Notes: generated from the letters alone by a model not told the origin. Numbered from the stretch's first letter, positions 1 to 9,700 are shown. The stretch: DNA of 48,888 nucleotides from an uncultured Candidatus Saccharibacteria bacterium (GCA_964650645.1 CAZYUH010000001.1:705202-754089); one strand, 5' to 3'. Translations and numbers: made by a program.

Positions 1-223
1 TGCATTCAAGCACGTTGACGCTTTCCCGGTGCCAAAGCGGGGTGCAGTCGTCGACCACCACGACGCTGAGCTTCGGGTTGTGCGCCAGGAGATCCTCTAC
101 CAAACGAAGCGCCGTCGCCCCCGGCTTGTACGTAGGGACGACGGCGCTTGCGTTCGGCTCAAAAATCCCCTGCTTCACCTGCGGCCGGGCCGGAATGAAG
201 AAGTTTTTGAGCGACAGCCTCAT
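1..223 (-). CDS. Glycosyltransferase family 2 protein, N-terminal part (runs off left edge)
   Basis: Hand translation from ATG at 223: MRLSLKNFFIPARPQVKQGIFEPNASAVVPTYKPGATALRLVEDLLAHNPKLSVVVVDDCTP..., with GT2-type S-x-V-V-P-T-Y and VVVDD motifs. Open to the edge; absent from the ORF track. Confidence 0.7.
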   Translation of the reverse strand, partial: MRLSLKNFFIPARPQVKQGIFEPNASAVVPTYKPGATALRLVEDLLAHNPKLSVVVVDDCTPLWHRESVNVLEC

Positions 224-230
224 TCTCGGG

Positions 231-1790
231 TTACCTCCCGAAGAGCCAGTTGACGAACCTCCCGAACCAGCCCGGGGACGACGCGGCAGTGCTCGTGCTC
301 GTCGAGGCTGTCCCCTGCGAGCTCGTCGCGCTGGCCGCGTTCTCGTCCGCCTGAATCGAAGGGAGCGTGACAGAGCCCGCAGGGCCGGAAGCCTGGCCCA
401 CAGCGGCGCTGCTGGCGTCGCCCGCGCCGCCCACGCTTGCCGCGCCTTGCGCGCGCAGCTGCGGCTGGATCTCGCGTACGTAGGCTATCTCTTCGAGCTG
501 GGCCGCCGAGAGCGGGAAATCCTTCTGGAACTTGCAGAAGATGGTGTTCACCTGCTTCTGGGTCGTGTAGTACACGTAGCCGGTCACGCCCTGGAGCCCC
601 CACGGCGCGAGCACGTCCTGCGCATACTTGCGCTGGAAGGAGTTGACCGCGGCGAGCGTGGCCTGGTCGTAGGTGCCCGTCACCTGAAGGTTGTTGGCTT
701 CGTAGGCGTTAAGGAACACCTGGAGCTTCGCCACCTCCTCTGCGTCGTTGTCGGCGCCGTACTTGATGTAGCCCGTCAGGAACATGGGGCACATCTCGGT
801 CTGCGCGCCCAATACCTCGCCCGGGCCGCTCGGGCCGATAAGCCGGCCGGAGCCGCCGTTGCGGCGGTTGCGCCCGCCGCTAGAGCCGTTGCCCGAAGAG
901 GCCGGAGCCTCGCTATCGTCGTCCATGTTGGCGCAGTCCGAATCGGCCGGGTAGTCGATGTCCCCGTCGCCGTCGTTGTCCTGGCCGTCGGAGCACTCGG
1001 GAGCGTCGCCGCCCCCGCCCTGCGTATCGGCGGTCGAGGTGAACGACGCCTCGGCGCTGTTGTTGCCGCTGTTTGCGTCGCCGCTGTCGCTATGGGTAAT
1101 GGAAGCCGCATTCGTTACCACGAGGCCCGATACCGCCTCGTTCGTCACGGTAATGACGAGCGTCGTCGTAGCGCCGGAGGCCACCGCGCCTACGGTCCAC
1201 ACGCCGGTTGAGGACGCGTACGCGCCGCCCGCATCGTCGGACACGTACATGGCGCCGAGCGGAAGCATGTCCGTTACCGTCACGTTCTGCGCCGCATCGG
1301 GCCCGGCATTATGCACCGCTATGCTGTAGGTAATGGTAGAGCTCGGCGTCGGGCTCGCATCGCTTACCGTTTTGGAAAGCGAGAGGTCCGAGCTGGCGCT
1401 TCCGCCGTTTCCGCCCCCGTCTTCATCAACGCACTCGCCGTTCTCAAGCACCTTGCCGTCTGGCACGGTGGCCTGGAGGCCGTCGATGTTCGAGCACACG
1501 TCCGTCTCCGGCGGTATGCACGACTCGCCCCGCTCCTGATCGCCCGGAATATTCGGGCACCAATCTACAATCGGAGAACTATCGCTGCAATCACCCAGCC
1601 TGAACACCGGGAACGTGCCAGTATCTCCATCGAGAGCATTACCTGCTTCGTCGACAAAGCAGAGAATCTGCTCCACATCGACAACCTGTGCCTGAACGTG
1701 ACGCTGGTTTCCCCAAACAAACGCGGTGAGCACCATGAGCGCCGCGATAACCAATGCGGCGCCTGTGCGCACTTCCCGAGTCAACGTCAT
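231..1790 (-). CDS. Secreted modular surface protein (DUF11 domain, Ca-binding DxDxDG-type repeat, peptidoglycan-binding-like domain)
   Basis: Signal/TM helix; two Cys motifs (DWCPNIPGDQ, DVCSNIDGLQ); DUF11-like SDLSLSKTVS...ITYSIAVHNAGPDAAQNVTVTDMLP; ECSDGQDNDGDGDIDYPADSDC; PG-binding-like EVAKLQVFLN...TGTYDQATLAAVNSFQ. Confidence 0.8.
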   Translation of the reverse strand: MTLTREVRTGAALVIAALMVLTAFVWGNQRHVQAQVVDVEQILCFVDEAGNALDGDTGTFPVFRLGDCSDSSPIVDWCPNIPGDQERGESCIPPETDVCSNIDGLQATVPDGKVLENGECVDEDGGGNGGSASSDLSLSKTVSDASPTPSSTITYSIAVHNAGPDAAQNVTVTDMLPLGAMYVSDDAGGAYASSTGVWTVGAVASGATTTLVITVTNEAVSGLVVTNAASITHSDSGDANSGNNSAEASFTSTADTQGGGGDAPECSDGQDNDGDGDIDYPADSDCANMDDDSEAPASSGNGSSGGRNRRNGGSGRLIGPSGPGEVLGAQTEMCPMFLTGYIKYGADNDAEEVAKLQVFLNAYEANNLQVTGTYDQATLAAVNSFQRKYAQDVLAPWGLQGVTGYVYYTTQKQVNTIFCKFQKDFPLSAAQLEEIAYVREIQPQLRAQGAASVGGAGDASSAAVGQASGPAGSVTLPSIQADENAASATSSQGTASTSTSTAASSPGWFGRFVNWLFGR

Positions 1791-1930
1791 ATGTTTCTAT
1801 GCCCTGTTACAAACGCTGGTAAATGATTATTAACACTTCAAAGCATATACACCCCCTTTACGTTGTCAAACGAACCTGAAGAAAAAGTGTATCTCGCAGG
1901 ACTTCCGGATCCGGGCTTATACTTAAGGCC

Positions 1931-2731
1931 ATGCGAGCCACAAAGCGCGCCATCTTGCCGTTCGTCCCCTGGGCGCTTGCCGCATGTCTTTTATGTCCTT
2001 TATACGCCGGCGCGGCGCAATTCGCCCCGAGCGCCCTCTTCCTCTCCAAGGAAGGAGTCTCTGAAGGCGAGACGGTGCTCATCCACGCCGTGGTGCAGAA
2101 CGACTCGGCGGCACGGTTTCCGGGCACGGTCGTTTTCCGCGACGGCGACGCGCAGATAGGCTCCGTGCCCGCCACCCTTGAGCCGCACGAGGTGCGCGCC
2201 GTTTCCCTGTCCTGGACCCCGGGCCCGGGCGACCACGAGATAACCGCCGCTCTGGAGGATGCCGAAGGGAAAGCGGTCCAGAGCGAGACCGAGCGCTTCA
2301 GCGTAGCGGCAACGCCCAAAGCGAAAGGGGAAGATGCGCGTAGCGCCTCCTCAAGCATTGCGGCGGCGATAGAATCCTCGGCGGATATCCAAGAGAAGAT
2401 AGAGGGCGTATCCCCCGCGGCAAGCGGCGCCTTGGAGCCCGTGTTCAGGCTGGTGGACGGCTCGCGCACCGCCATAGCCGATGTGCTGGACGCGCAGATC
2501 GCCGCCACCAAGCCCAAGCTAGCCCCGACGCCGGGCGTGGTAGCCGGGACCAGCACCGCGCTGCGGGCCCCGGAGCAAGGGCACTGGTTCAGCTCAGCAT
2601 TCACGACGGCCTACTATTACATCCTGACCGCCTTGCGCGCCGTAATCGGCTCCGCTGGAGCCTTCTACCCTATCCTGGCGCTCGCATTCCTCTTCATCCT
2701 CTGGAGGGCGTTCAAGCGGTTCCGGAGATAA
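1931..2731 (+). CDS. Exported CARDB/Ig-like domain protein with C-terminal membrane anchor
   Basis: Signal peptide; GETVLIHAVVQND...VSLSWTPGPGDHEITA Ig-like pattern; C-terminal TM and basic tail; TATACT 7 nt before ATG. Confidence 0.65.
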   Translation: MRATKRAILPFVPWALAACLLCPLYAGAAQFAPSALFLSKEGVSEGETVLIHAVVQNDSAARFPGTVVFRDGDAQIGSVPATLEPHEVRAVSLSWTPGPGDHEITAALEDAEGKAVQSETERFSVAATPKAKGEDARSASSSIAAAIESSADIQEKIEGVSPAASGALEPVFRLVDGSRTAIADVLDAQIAATKPKLAPTPGVVAGTSTALRAPEQGHWFSSAFTTAYYYILTALRAVIGSAGAFYPILALAFLFILWRAFKRFRR

Positions 2732-2756
2732 TACGATACGACGTGCCGGAAGAAAA

Positions 2757-2777
2757 AATCCCCCGTACAGGGGGATT
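2757..2777. terminator. Hairpin between convergent genes (putative bidirectional terminator)
   Basis: AATCCCCC-GTACA-GGGGGATT preceded by an A-run, between stops at 2731 and 2787. Confidence 0.5.
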
Positions 2778-2786
2778 CTTTGCGCG

Positions 2787-3212
2787 TCAGCGCGCGCGCC
2801 AGTGCCAGACAGAGGATATGAACAGCAGGAGCGTCACCACGGCCGATATCGCGCAGAACTGGCACAGCGCCTGCAAAACAGTGAGCTGGATGTAGAAAAT
2901 TGCCCACGCAGAATACAGCACGCCGACGCCAGTGTAGGCCAGTGCGCCGATTTTGAGCCCGCGCGAATGCGGGTCGATTATGAGCAGGACCGAAAGGCAC
3001 AGCATGTACGCGTAGTACACAAGGCCGATATAGGACCACGGCACGCCGAAGAATTTCGAATGGTCGCTCGTAAGCACCACCTCGCACCCGCCTATGGCGC
3101 AGGTGGGGATAAGGTTGAGGTACTGGAAGTAGGACAGGTAAAGCGTGTCGCCCAGGCCCACCAGGGCGAGCGCGAGCAGGATAAACGGGGCGAGTGGCGG
3201 TTTGGAAGGCAT
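2787..3212 (-). CDS. Vitamin K epoxide reductase (VKOR) family protein
   Basis: Loop cysteines C-x4-C (TCAIGGCEVVLTS), GVPWSYIG, active-site CQFC, four TM helices. Confidence 0.85.
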   Translation of the reverse strand: MPSKPPLAPFILLALALVGLGDTLYLSYFQYLNLIPTCAIGGCEVVLTSDHSKFFGVPWSYIGLVYYAYMLCLSVLLIIDPHSRGLKIGALAYTGVGVLYSAWAIFYIQLTVLQALCQFCAISAVVTLLLFISSVWHWRAR

Positions 3213-3214
3213 AA

Positions 3215-3781
3215 TTAGTTGAAGGTTACGGTTTCAAGTATAGCCCGCAGATCGGCGCGCGTCCGGTCGTTCGCCTGCAGCCATCCGGCCGCGAACACGT
3301 ACACCTTGCCGTTCGCCGCCACCGCCACCGCGTCATTCTCGTAAAGTCCGCTGTACGTATAGGCGAGCGCCGGCTTGCCGCCCACGGTTGCCTGCTTTAC
3401 GCGCTGGTCGGAAAGGGCGAAATTGGCTTTCGACTCAGTCCGCAGGAACTGCTCGAGCGGCAGGCTCTCGGCGTTGCTAAAGCTCGATACGGTTATGCCC
3501 GGCGGGCCTTCGCCGCCCCGCGGCAATTCGTGGTCGCGAGGCATGAGCGCCGTCGTATGCCACACCTCCCCGCCCACAGCCTCGGTGCGCGCGGACAGCT
3601 CGTACGCATCCGGGTACTTGAACGAGTAGCCTTCGCCCGAGGAGTAGCTCAGCATACGGTCATCCTGGGGCGCGCCCGTGACCATGCCGCCAATCCAGCT
3701 GAAATCATACCCGGAAAAGTACAAGTAGCCCCCAGCGGCGAGCGCGAGGACTAGCACCCCCGAAAACAGCGCGTTGCGCAT
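3215..3781 (-). CDS. Membrane-anchored hypothetical protein (PsbP-like fold possible)
   Basis: Start reassigned to MRNALFSGV (TACACT 8 nt upstream); N-terminal TM then YSFKYPDAY and TVGGKPALAY patterns. Confidence 0.6.
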   Translation of the reverse strand: MRNALFSGVLVLALAAGGYLYFSGYDFSWIGGMVTGAPQDDRMLSYSSGEGYSFKYPDAYELSARTEAVGGEVWHTTALMPRDHELPRGGEGPPGITVSSFSNAESLPLEQFLRTESKANFALSDQRVKQATVGGKPALAYTYSGLYENDAVAVAANGKVYVFAAGWLQANDRTRADLRAILETVTFN

Positions 3782-3785
3782 ATGC

Positions 3786-4208
3786 TTATAGTGTACCATC
3801 GGGCCGGGCGTCCTCGCGCCCGCGCACCTGGTCTTCGTCGTAGCCCATGTAGTGCGCGACCTCGTGCCACACGGTTTCGCGCACGGCGCGGCGCATCGCC
3901 TCCTCTTCAGAAAGGCCGCATTCCACGGCCAGGTGCCGCGCCTCCTCTTCAAGCGGCCCTTGGTAGAGGGTTATCGTGTCGGGCAGGGTGTTGCCCACGC
4001 CGTAGTAGCCGCCGCGCGCAGTGTGCGGTATGCCCTGGTAGAGCCCCAGCAGGGTCTCCTGCGGCAGGAGGCCCTCGCGCTCGCGCACCTGCGCGCTCGG
4101 CTCCCATTCGGCCAGGAACGCGACATTGCGCAGGAGATGGTGGAACTTCTCCGGCACCGCCTTGGGGAATTCCTCCGCTATCAGTTTTCCGAACTCTTCA
4201 CGGGTCAT
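3786..4208 (-). CDS. Zincin-like metallopeptidase family protein
   Basis: LLGLYQGIP, PDTITLYQGP and ETVWHEVAHYMG (HExxH). Confidence 0.8.
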   Translation of the reverse strand: MTREEFGKLIAEEFPKAVPEKFHHLLRNVAFLAEWEPSAQVREREGLLPQETLLGLYQGIPHTARGGYYGVGNTLPDTITLYQGPLEEEARHLAVECGLSEEEAMRRAVRETVWHEVAHYMGYDEDQVRGREDARPDGTL

Positions 4209-4750
4209 TTGAGGAGGGGTTTGAACTTGGCCCGCACCTTATCGACCTTGGGCGCTATTACGAGCTGGCAGTACCCCGCGCCCTTGTTGTTCTCGTAGTA
4301 CTTCTGGTGGTAGTCCTCGGCCTTGTAGAACTCCTGCAGGGGCTCTACGGACGTCACGACCTTCCTCTCGCCCGTATACGCCAGCAGGTTGAGGTTGCGT
4401 ATGTAGTGCTCGGTCATCTCCTTCTGCCTCTGCGTCGTATAGAACACCGACGAGCGGTACTGCGGGCCGATGTCGCTCCCCTGACCGTCTACCTGGGTCG
4501 GGTCGTGGCTGCCGAAGTACACCTGGAGGAGCTCGGGGAACGAAATGGCGTCGGGGTCGTACTCGATTTTTGCCGATTCGACGTAGGGCGTCGTGCCGGT
4601 CGATACTTCCTCGTAGCTCGGGCCCTTCGCGGTCTTGTACGCCGGCCCGGCGTAGCCCGGCTCGACCGACTGCACGCCCTTTATCATCAAAAACACCGCC
4701 TCCGTGCACCAGAAGCACCCGCTGCCGAAGACTATCGTTTCGCGTCCCAT
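4205..4750 (-). CDS. msrA: Peptide methionine sulfoxide reductase MsrA
   Basis: GCFWCTE active site, HDPTQ, QYRSSVF, FYKAEDYHQKYY. Confidence 0.95.
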   Translation of the reverse strand: MGRETIVFGSGCFWCTEAVFLMIKGVQSVEPGYAGPAYKTAKGPSYEEVSTGTTPYVESAKIEYDPDAISFPELLQVYFGSHDPTQVDGQGSDIGPQYRSSVFYTTQRQKEMTEHYIRNLNLLAYTGERKVVTSVEPLQEFYKAEDYHQKYYENNKGAGYCQLVIAPKVDKVRAKFKPLLK

Positions 4751-4759
4751 ACCGCCATA

Positions 4760-5917
4760 TTACTTCAAATACCTCTTTCCCTTTAATTTGTCGGGCAGGT
4801 ACGGCTCCTTGTCGTAGAGCTTGTAGCCCTTGTGGTAGCCGAGCGCCTTCATGAGCTTCGTGGGCGCGTTGCGCACCTTAAGCGGGACAGGCAGGCTCCC
4901 GTGCCTCTTCACGTCCTCTAGAGCCGCAAAGTACGCGTCGTAGCTCGCGCGGCTCTTCTTCGATTCCGACAAGTACGCGACGCCGTGCGCCAGGCTTATG
5001 GCGCACTCGGGGTAGCCGATTTTCGAGCACGCATCGAACACCGCATTGGCGACCACCAGCGCCGTCGGCTGCGCGAGCCCCACGTCTTCCGAGGCGAATA
5101 TGACCATGCGCCGCGCGATGAACAGCGGGTCTTCGCCGGCCTCTACCATGCGCGCCAGGTAGTACAGAGCCGCGTCGCCCTGCGAAGCGCGCATGGACTT
5201 TATGAATGCGCTCACGGTGTCGTAGTGCCCCTCGCCCTTCTTGTCGTAGCGCAGGTGCGCCGACTGGACAGTGTCCTTGAGCGCCTCCACATCGAGCCTG
5301 CCGTAGAGCCGGTGCGCGTTCTCAAGCGCGGTTATAGCTTGGCGCGCGTCACCCTGCGCCATGCGTACCAGCCACTCCCGCGCGCTTTTAGGCAGCTTCG
5401 CTTTCAGCTCCTTGGCGGCGCGTTCGCAAATGCCGCCGACATCCCCGTCCGACAGCTCCTGCAAGGCGAACACGCGCGCCCTGCTTAAAAGCGCCGACAC
5501 GACCTCGAAGCTAGGGTTCTCCGTCGTCGCGCCAACGAGCGTAATGTCGCCGCGCTCGACAAACGGCAGGAGGAAGTCCTGCTGGGCCTTGTTAAAGCGG
5601 TGTATCTCGTCGATGAAGAGCACTTTTGGCGCACCGAGCCCGAGCGTGGGGCCCCGCCGGCTCTCTCCCAACACGCTCTTTATGTCATCCTTGCCCGAAT
5701 CGACCGCCGACAGCTCGTGGAACTCCGCCCCCACCGCGGCGGCGTACATGCGCGCCAGCGTCGTCTTGCCGCTCCCCGGCGGGCCCCATAGCAGGAAGGA
5801 GAAGAGCTCCCCTTTTTCCATCGCGACGCGCAGGGGCTTTCCCTCGCCCACCAAATGCTCCTGCCCCGCGAATTCATCGAGCGATTTCGGGCGTATCCTG
5901 CTTGCGAGCGGTTCCAT
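4760..5917 (-). CDS. rarA: Replication-associated recombination protein A (RarA/MgsA AAA+ ATPase)
   Basis: MEPLASRIRP, GPPGSGKTT, FIDEIHRFNKAQQD, GATTENPSF, SEDVGLA, YDKKGEGHYD. Confidence 0.95.
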   Translation of the reverse strand: MEPLASRIRPKSLDEFAGQEHLVGEGKPLRVAMEKGELFSFLLWGPPGSGKTTLARMYAAAVGAEFHELSAVDSGKDDIKSVLGESRRGPTLGLGAPKVLFIDEIHRFNKAQQDFLLPFVERGDITLVGATTENPSFEVVSALLSRARVFALQELSDGDVGGICERAAKELKAKLPKSAREWLVRMAQGDARQAITALENAHRLYGRLDVEALKDTVQSAHLRYDKKGEGHYDTVSAFIKSMRASQGDAALYYLARMVEAGEDPLFIARRMVIFASEDVGLAQPTALVVANAVFDACSKIGYPECAISLAHGVAYLSESKKSRASYDAYFAALEDVKRHGSLPVPLKVRNAPTKLMKALGYHKGYKLYDKEPYLPDKLKGKRYLK

Positions 5918-6005
5918 TTAATCAGTCTACCCTTTTAAGGGATGCGCGGTACACAAGTACGCGCGCGCCGGAAGGCCCCGTAACGGGGCCTTCCGGCGCG
6001 CATTC

Positions 6006-6317
6006 CTAGTGCATGTCGCTGTCGCGCTCGTCGGCGTCGCGGCTCATGCGCCCGCCGCCGTGGCTGTTCTGCCCTCCCTTCTGCCCCGCCGCCACCGCCT
6101 TCTCGCGGTTGTTGGCGAAGTTGCCGGGATTGTTCTCCTTGCCCTGCGACTGCCCGCCCTTGCTGGCGATGGCGCGCCGCTTCTCCTCGCTCATGCCCGC
6201 GAACCCGCGGCGGCTGCGGCTGGGCATCTCAACGCTTTTCGCGTCGCCCGCCGTATCAAGCGCGTCGCGCTCCGGGTCGAACTGCGGCTGCTCGTAGTCG
6301 TCGTATCGTTGCGTCAT
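6006..6317 (-). CDS. KGG-repeat stress-induced protein (GsiB/YciG-like)
   Basis: RRGFAGMSEEKRRAIASKGGQ and NFANNREKAVAAGQKGGQNSHGGG; start taken at MTQRYDD. Confidence 0.85.
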   Translation of the reverse strand: MTQRYDDYEQPQFDPERDALDTAGDAKSVEMPSRSRRGFAGMSEEKRRAIASKGGQSQGKENNPGNFANNREKAVAAGQKGGQNSHGGGRMSRDADERDSDMH

Positions 6318-6416
6318 ACGGGTGTCGATTAACGCCGGTAATCGCACACCGCCAGTCTAGCCGGTACCGCCTGAACTCCGGGTTAAGCGCCGCAAAGCGG
6401 CAAAGGGGCGGCGCGC

Positions 6417-8090
6417 CTACGCGCTCGGGCTTCCCGGAAGGTCGAGCTTGGAGAGCGCCTGCGAGTACGTGAGCCCCACCTTCTTCCCCGGATTGAATAT
6501 ATCGTGCGGGTCGAATATCTTCTTCACCTCGAGGAAGAGCGCGTACATGTCGCTCCCGAACATCTTCTCGACGTAGGGCGTGCGCACCAGGCCGTCGTTG
6601 TGCTCGCCCGAAATGGAGCCGCCATACTCGAGCACGAGGCCGTACACCGCGCGGCTCAGCTCGTCTATCACGCGGCCTATGCCCGGGTCCTTGGGGTCTA
6701 TGAGCGGGATGATGTGGAAATTGCCGTCGCCCACGTGGCCGGCGACGGTGTAGGTGAGCTCCGGGTACCGCGCCATTGCGGCCTGGAGCTTGGGCAGGAA
6801 CTCGGGCAATACGGCGGGCGGCACCACGAAGTCGTCTATGAAGGGCGCCGTGCGCTTGCCGCGGATCTTCTTGCGCAGGAGGTTGAAGCTCTCGCGGCGC
6901 ACGGCCCAGTACTTGCGCGCCTTCTCCTCCGTTTCCGCGATGCGCACGCCGACCCGGCTCTTGCCCTGCGCGATTCTCGCCGCGAGCGCGCGGGCGCGCT
7001 CCAGCGCCTCTTCCTGCGTATCGCCGCGGAATTCTGCCAACAGGACGAGCTTGGGGACGCCCCCCGTGAGCGCCATCCACATCTCCGGCAGGAACGACAG
7101 TCCGATGCCTATAAGCCCGGTCTTCATCTGCGCGGCGAGCTCGGGCAGGTACTTTACGGCGATGGAGAAGGTGTGGTCGTCGTAGCTCTCGAAGCTGTCG
7201 GGGCAAAAGCCGAGCACTTCCGGCACCAGCTCGCCCAGCTGGGAAAGGTCGTTGACGAACATGACCGCCATGGACGAGAACCTCTTGGGGCGCACGAGCC
7301 CGACCTTGATGCGGGTGACGATGCCGAGCGTGCCCTGCGAGCCGACCATGAGGCGCGCCAGGTCAAGCGAGCTCCTGCCGTCGCCGATGTCCCACAGCGC
7401 GTAGCCTGACGAGTTCTTCTCGACGCGCGGCTTGTGCGCCTCGATGATTTTCGCGTACGCGGGAGTGGAGACGAGCTGGGCCACCTTCCGGTAGATATCG
7501 CCCTCGAACCCGGGCTCTTGGAGCTTCTGCGCCAGCTCGCCGCCTTCGAGCTTCCTGAGCGCATGCTCCCGGCCGTCGGCGAGCACGACGCCGAGCTCCT
7601 GCACGTAGCGCGCGGTCTTGCCGTACTTGAGGTTCTTCTCGCCGCCCGAGTTGTTGCCCACCATGCCGCCCACGGTGTTGAGCTCGCGGCTGGCGGTGTA
7701 GCTCGGCAATTCCAGTCCCTTCTTCTTCGTCTCGCGGTCGAAGTCGCGGAAGAACATGCCCGGCTCGACGACCGCGTACGCATCGCCAAGCTCGATGAGC
7801 CTTCCCAGGTGCGCGGTGGTGTCCAGGATGATGGAGGTGTTGAGCGGCCCGCCCGACATGTCGGTGCCCGCGGCGCGCGCCGTTATGGACAAATCGAGCT
7901 TGTGGTTGGCGGCCTTCTTCGCGGCGACAAAGGACACGAGCGCGCAGACGTCCTGCGCGTCCGCGGGGCGCACCACCGCCTGCGGCACGACCCGAAACAG
8001 GCTCGCGTCGCGCGAGTACGCGTCGAGGCTCGCGGCGTCGTCGAGCACTTCCCCGCGCACGGCCTTCCTCAGTTCCTCGGCAAGCGGCAT
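6417..8090 (-). CDS. FAD-binding oxidoreductase (GlcD/D-lactate dehydrogenase family, no Fe-S domain)
   Basis: ARAAGTDMSG, VVEPG, GSQGTLGIVT, GHVGDGNFH, GSISGEHNDG, IFNPGK. Start placed at MPLAEE because TGC-TACCAT lies 7 nt upstream. Confidence 0.9.
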   Translation of the reverse strand: MPLAEELRKAVRGEVLDDAASLDAYSRDASLFRVVPQAVVRPADAQDVCALVSFVAAKKAANHKLDLSITARAAGTDMSGGPLNTSIILDTTAHLGRLIELGDAYAVVEPGMFFRDFDRETKKKGLELPSYTASRELNTVGGMVGNNSGGEKNLKYGKTARYVQELGVVLADGREHALRKLEGGELAQKLQEPGFEGDIYRKVAQLVSTPAYAKIIEAHKPRVEKNSSGYALWDIGDGRSSLDLARLMVGSQGTLGIVTRIKVGLVRPKRFSSMAVMFVNDLSQLGELVPEVLGFCPDSFESYDDHTFSIAVKYLPELAAQMKTGLIGIGLSFLPEMWMALTGGVPKLVLLAEFRGDTQEEALERARALAARIAQGKSRVGVRIAETEEKARKYWAVRRESFNLLRKKIRGKRTAPFIDDFVVPPAVLPEFLPKLQAAMARYPELTYTVAGHVGDGNFHIIPLIDPKDPGIGRVIDELSRAVYGLVLEYGGSISGEHNDGLVRTPYVEKMFGSDMYALFLEVKKIFDPHDIFNPGKKVGLTYSQALSKLDLPGSPSA

Positions 8091-8175
8091 CCGCTTCATG
8101 GTAGCACGCAAAAGCCCGCGCCCTCTGCGGGGCGCGGGCTCCGCGCGGCGCCGGTCATTGAGCGGGAATCGCGGG

Positions 8176-8328
8176 CTACGCTATCGGATTGCGTCCCTGT
8201 ATGAGCCTGATGAGGATCATGATGACGGCAATCACGAGCAGGAGATGGATAAAGCCTCCTATCGTATAGGACGTAACGAGGCCAAGGAGCCACAAGATGA
8301 GCAATACCGCCGCGATGGTTACAAGCAT
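8176..8328 (-). CDS. lmo0937-family small membrane protein (50 aa)
   Basis: Hand translation: MLVTIAAVLLILWLLGLVTSYTIGGFIHLLLVIAVIMILIRLIQGRNPIA. Below the ORF-track cutoff. Confidence 0.8.
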   Translation of the reverse strand: MLVTIAAVLLILWLLGLVTSYTIGGFIHLLLVIAVIMILIRLIQGRNPIA

Positions 8329-8368
8329 ATCTAAATTGATTAAGGATTAATGCTCCCGACCTCCTCCA

Positions 8369-9661
8369 TTAAACCGTTCCTGCCTGATGATTGGGTGAAG
8401 CGACTGAAAGCAGGGCGGCGGCCGACCACGCCTGTATGCGGCACGCGCCGCCGGTGCCGTTCTGGTGCTGGTACTCGCGGAAGCCCCGCTCGTAGCCGAA
8501 CAGCTCTATGGGGGTCCTGAAATGCAGGTACGCCTGGCGCAGGGCGTCGCGCACGCGCTCGGCGTCCGCGGCGAAGCCGAAATTGTCCAGGCCGTCGGCG
8601 AGCATGGCCGTATCGTGCGGCCATATGGAGCCGTTGTGGTAGGACACCGGGTCGTAATGCGCCGAGCGGTCCGAAAGCGTGCGGATGCCCGCTTCCGGCA
8701 CGAAGAGGTCGGGCTCCATGAGCCGGTCGCGTATGCCCGCAACGTAGCGCTCCTCGAGTATCGACTCGCCCCCGTGCGTCGCCCACAGCACGTGGCCCAT
8801 GGTCGAGCGCGCCGAATCAAGGGTCTTCCCCGACCCGTCGAGCGCGTACGCGAGCGCCACCTGTCGCCCGCCTTCAAGCACGAAGGTCTCGTTGAACCGC
8901 GCCTTCAGCTCGCTCGCGCGCGACAGGTAGCGCTCGCCCAGCGCCTGGTCCACCTCGGTGTGGAGCCGGCTGAAATACTCGCCCCACACCTTAAGCGCGA
9001 CCCACGCGTACGCCTGCACCTCCACGGGCGCCAGCGGGTACGGGGGGCGCTCCGGCGAATCCTCGTAGAACACGGACTCCGTGCTGTCCATCCAGCTCTG
9101 CACCGAAAGCCCGCCGAACGTGCGCTCCGGATGGAGCGAGTAGTCGAGGAACGCGTCCCCGTTCTGGTCGCCGAGCTCCATCACCCATTTAAGCGCCGCG
9201 CGCACGCTCGGCAGGAGCGTGACGGAGAACGATTTGTCGGGGCTCAGCCGCTTGTACTCCCCCGCCGCGATGAGGAACAGGGGCGTCGAGTCAACCGAGT
9301 CGTAATTGCGCATCTCGCCGGTCGGGTAGACGAACCACGGACTCTCGGAGAGCGAGGTGAGGTGCGCGTGGTTGTCCGGCCGGAACTCGTGGACTATCTT
9401 GCCCGGCTGCTCGCCCGACTCTATCTGGTGCGAGCGCCCCTGCAGGTTGCCGAGCGTGCGCAGTATCTTCTCGGTTATGCGCAGGAAGTACTCGTCGCGC
9501 GTCCGCTCGTACGCCTTGAGGAGCCCGAGCACGGTGATGAGCGAGTCGCGCCCGAATATGCATCCGTAGGCCTCGCCGCGGCTCGAGGCGAGTATGCCCT
9601 CGCTGGTCTCAAGCTCCCGTATCGATTTGAGTCCCAGCTCCCAAAGGGCGTCCCGTTCCAT
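8369..9661 (-). CDS. Amylo-alpha-1,6-glucosidase / glycogen debranching-like (alpha/alpha)6 glycoside hydrolase
   Basis: IFGRDSLIT, EQPGKIVHE, YDSVDSTPLF, QSWMDS, SYHNGSIWPHD, PIELF, QAWSAAA. Confidence 0.85.
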   Translation of the reverse strand: MERDALWELGLKSIRELETSEGILASSRGEAYGCIFGRDSLITVLGLLKAYERTRDEYFLRITEKILRTLGNLQGRSHQIESGEQPGKIVHEFRPDNHAHLTSLSESPWFVYPTGEMRNYDSVDSTPLFLIAAGEYKRLSPDKSFSVTLLPSVRAALKWVMELGDQNGDAFLDYSLHPERTFGGLSVQSWMDSTESVFYEDSPERPPYPLAPVEVQAYAWVALKVWGEYFSRLHTEVDQALGERYLSRASELKARFNETFVLEGGRQVALAYALDGSGKTLDSARSTMGHVLWATHGGESILEERYVAGIRDRLMEPDLFVPEAGIRTLSDRSAHYDPVSYHNGSIWPHDTAMLADGLDNFGFAADAERVRDALRQAYLHFRTPIELFGYERGFREYQHQNGTGGACRIQAWSAAALLSVASPNHQAGTV

Positions 9662-9700
9662 GGGGCTATTATCCCAAAGCCTTTATGAAGGGCAAGCGAA

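Noticed and set aside
111-130. Suspected frameshift in the GT2 gene at the G-run
   Set aside because: Recounting gives five G residues and the frame stays open.
15-1211. Long antisense or alternate-frame ORFs across the GC-rich backbone (e.g. 15-1211, 6504-7409, 8465-9688, 17425-18663, 35808-37460, 41105-43105)
   Set aside because: They are shadows of well-supported genes on the opposite strand, Arg/Ala/Gly-rich with no motifs, as expected at high GC.
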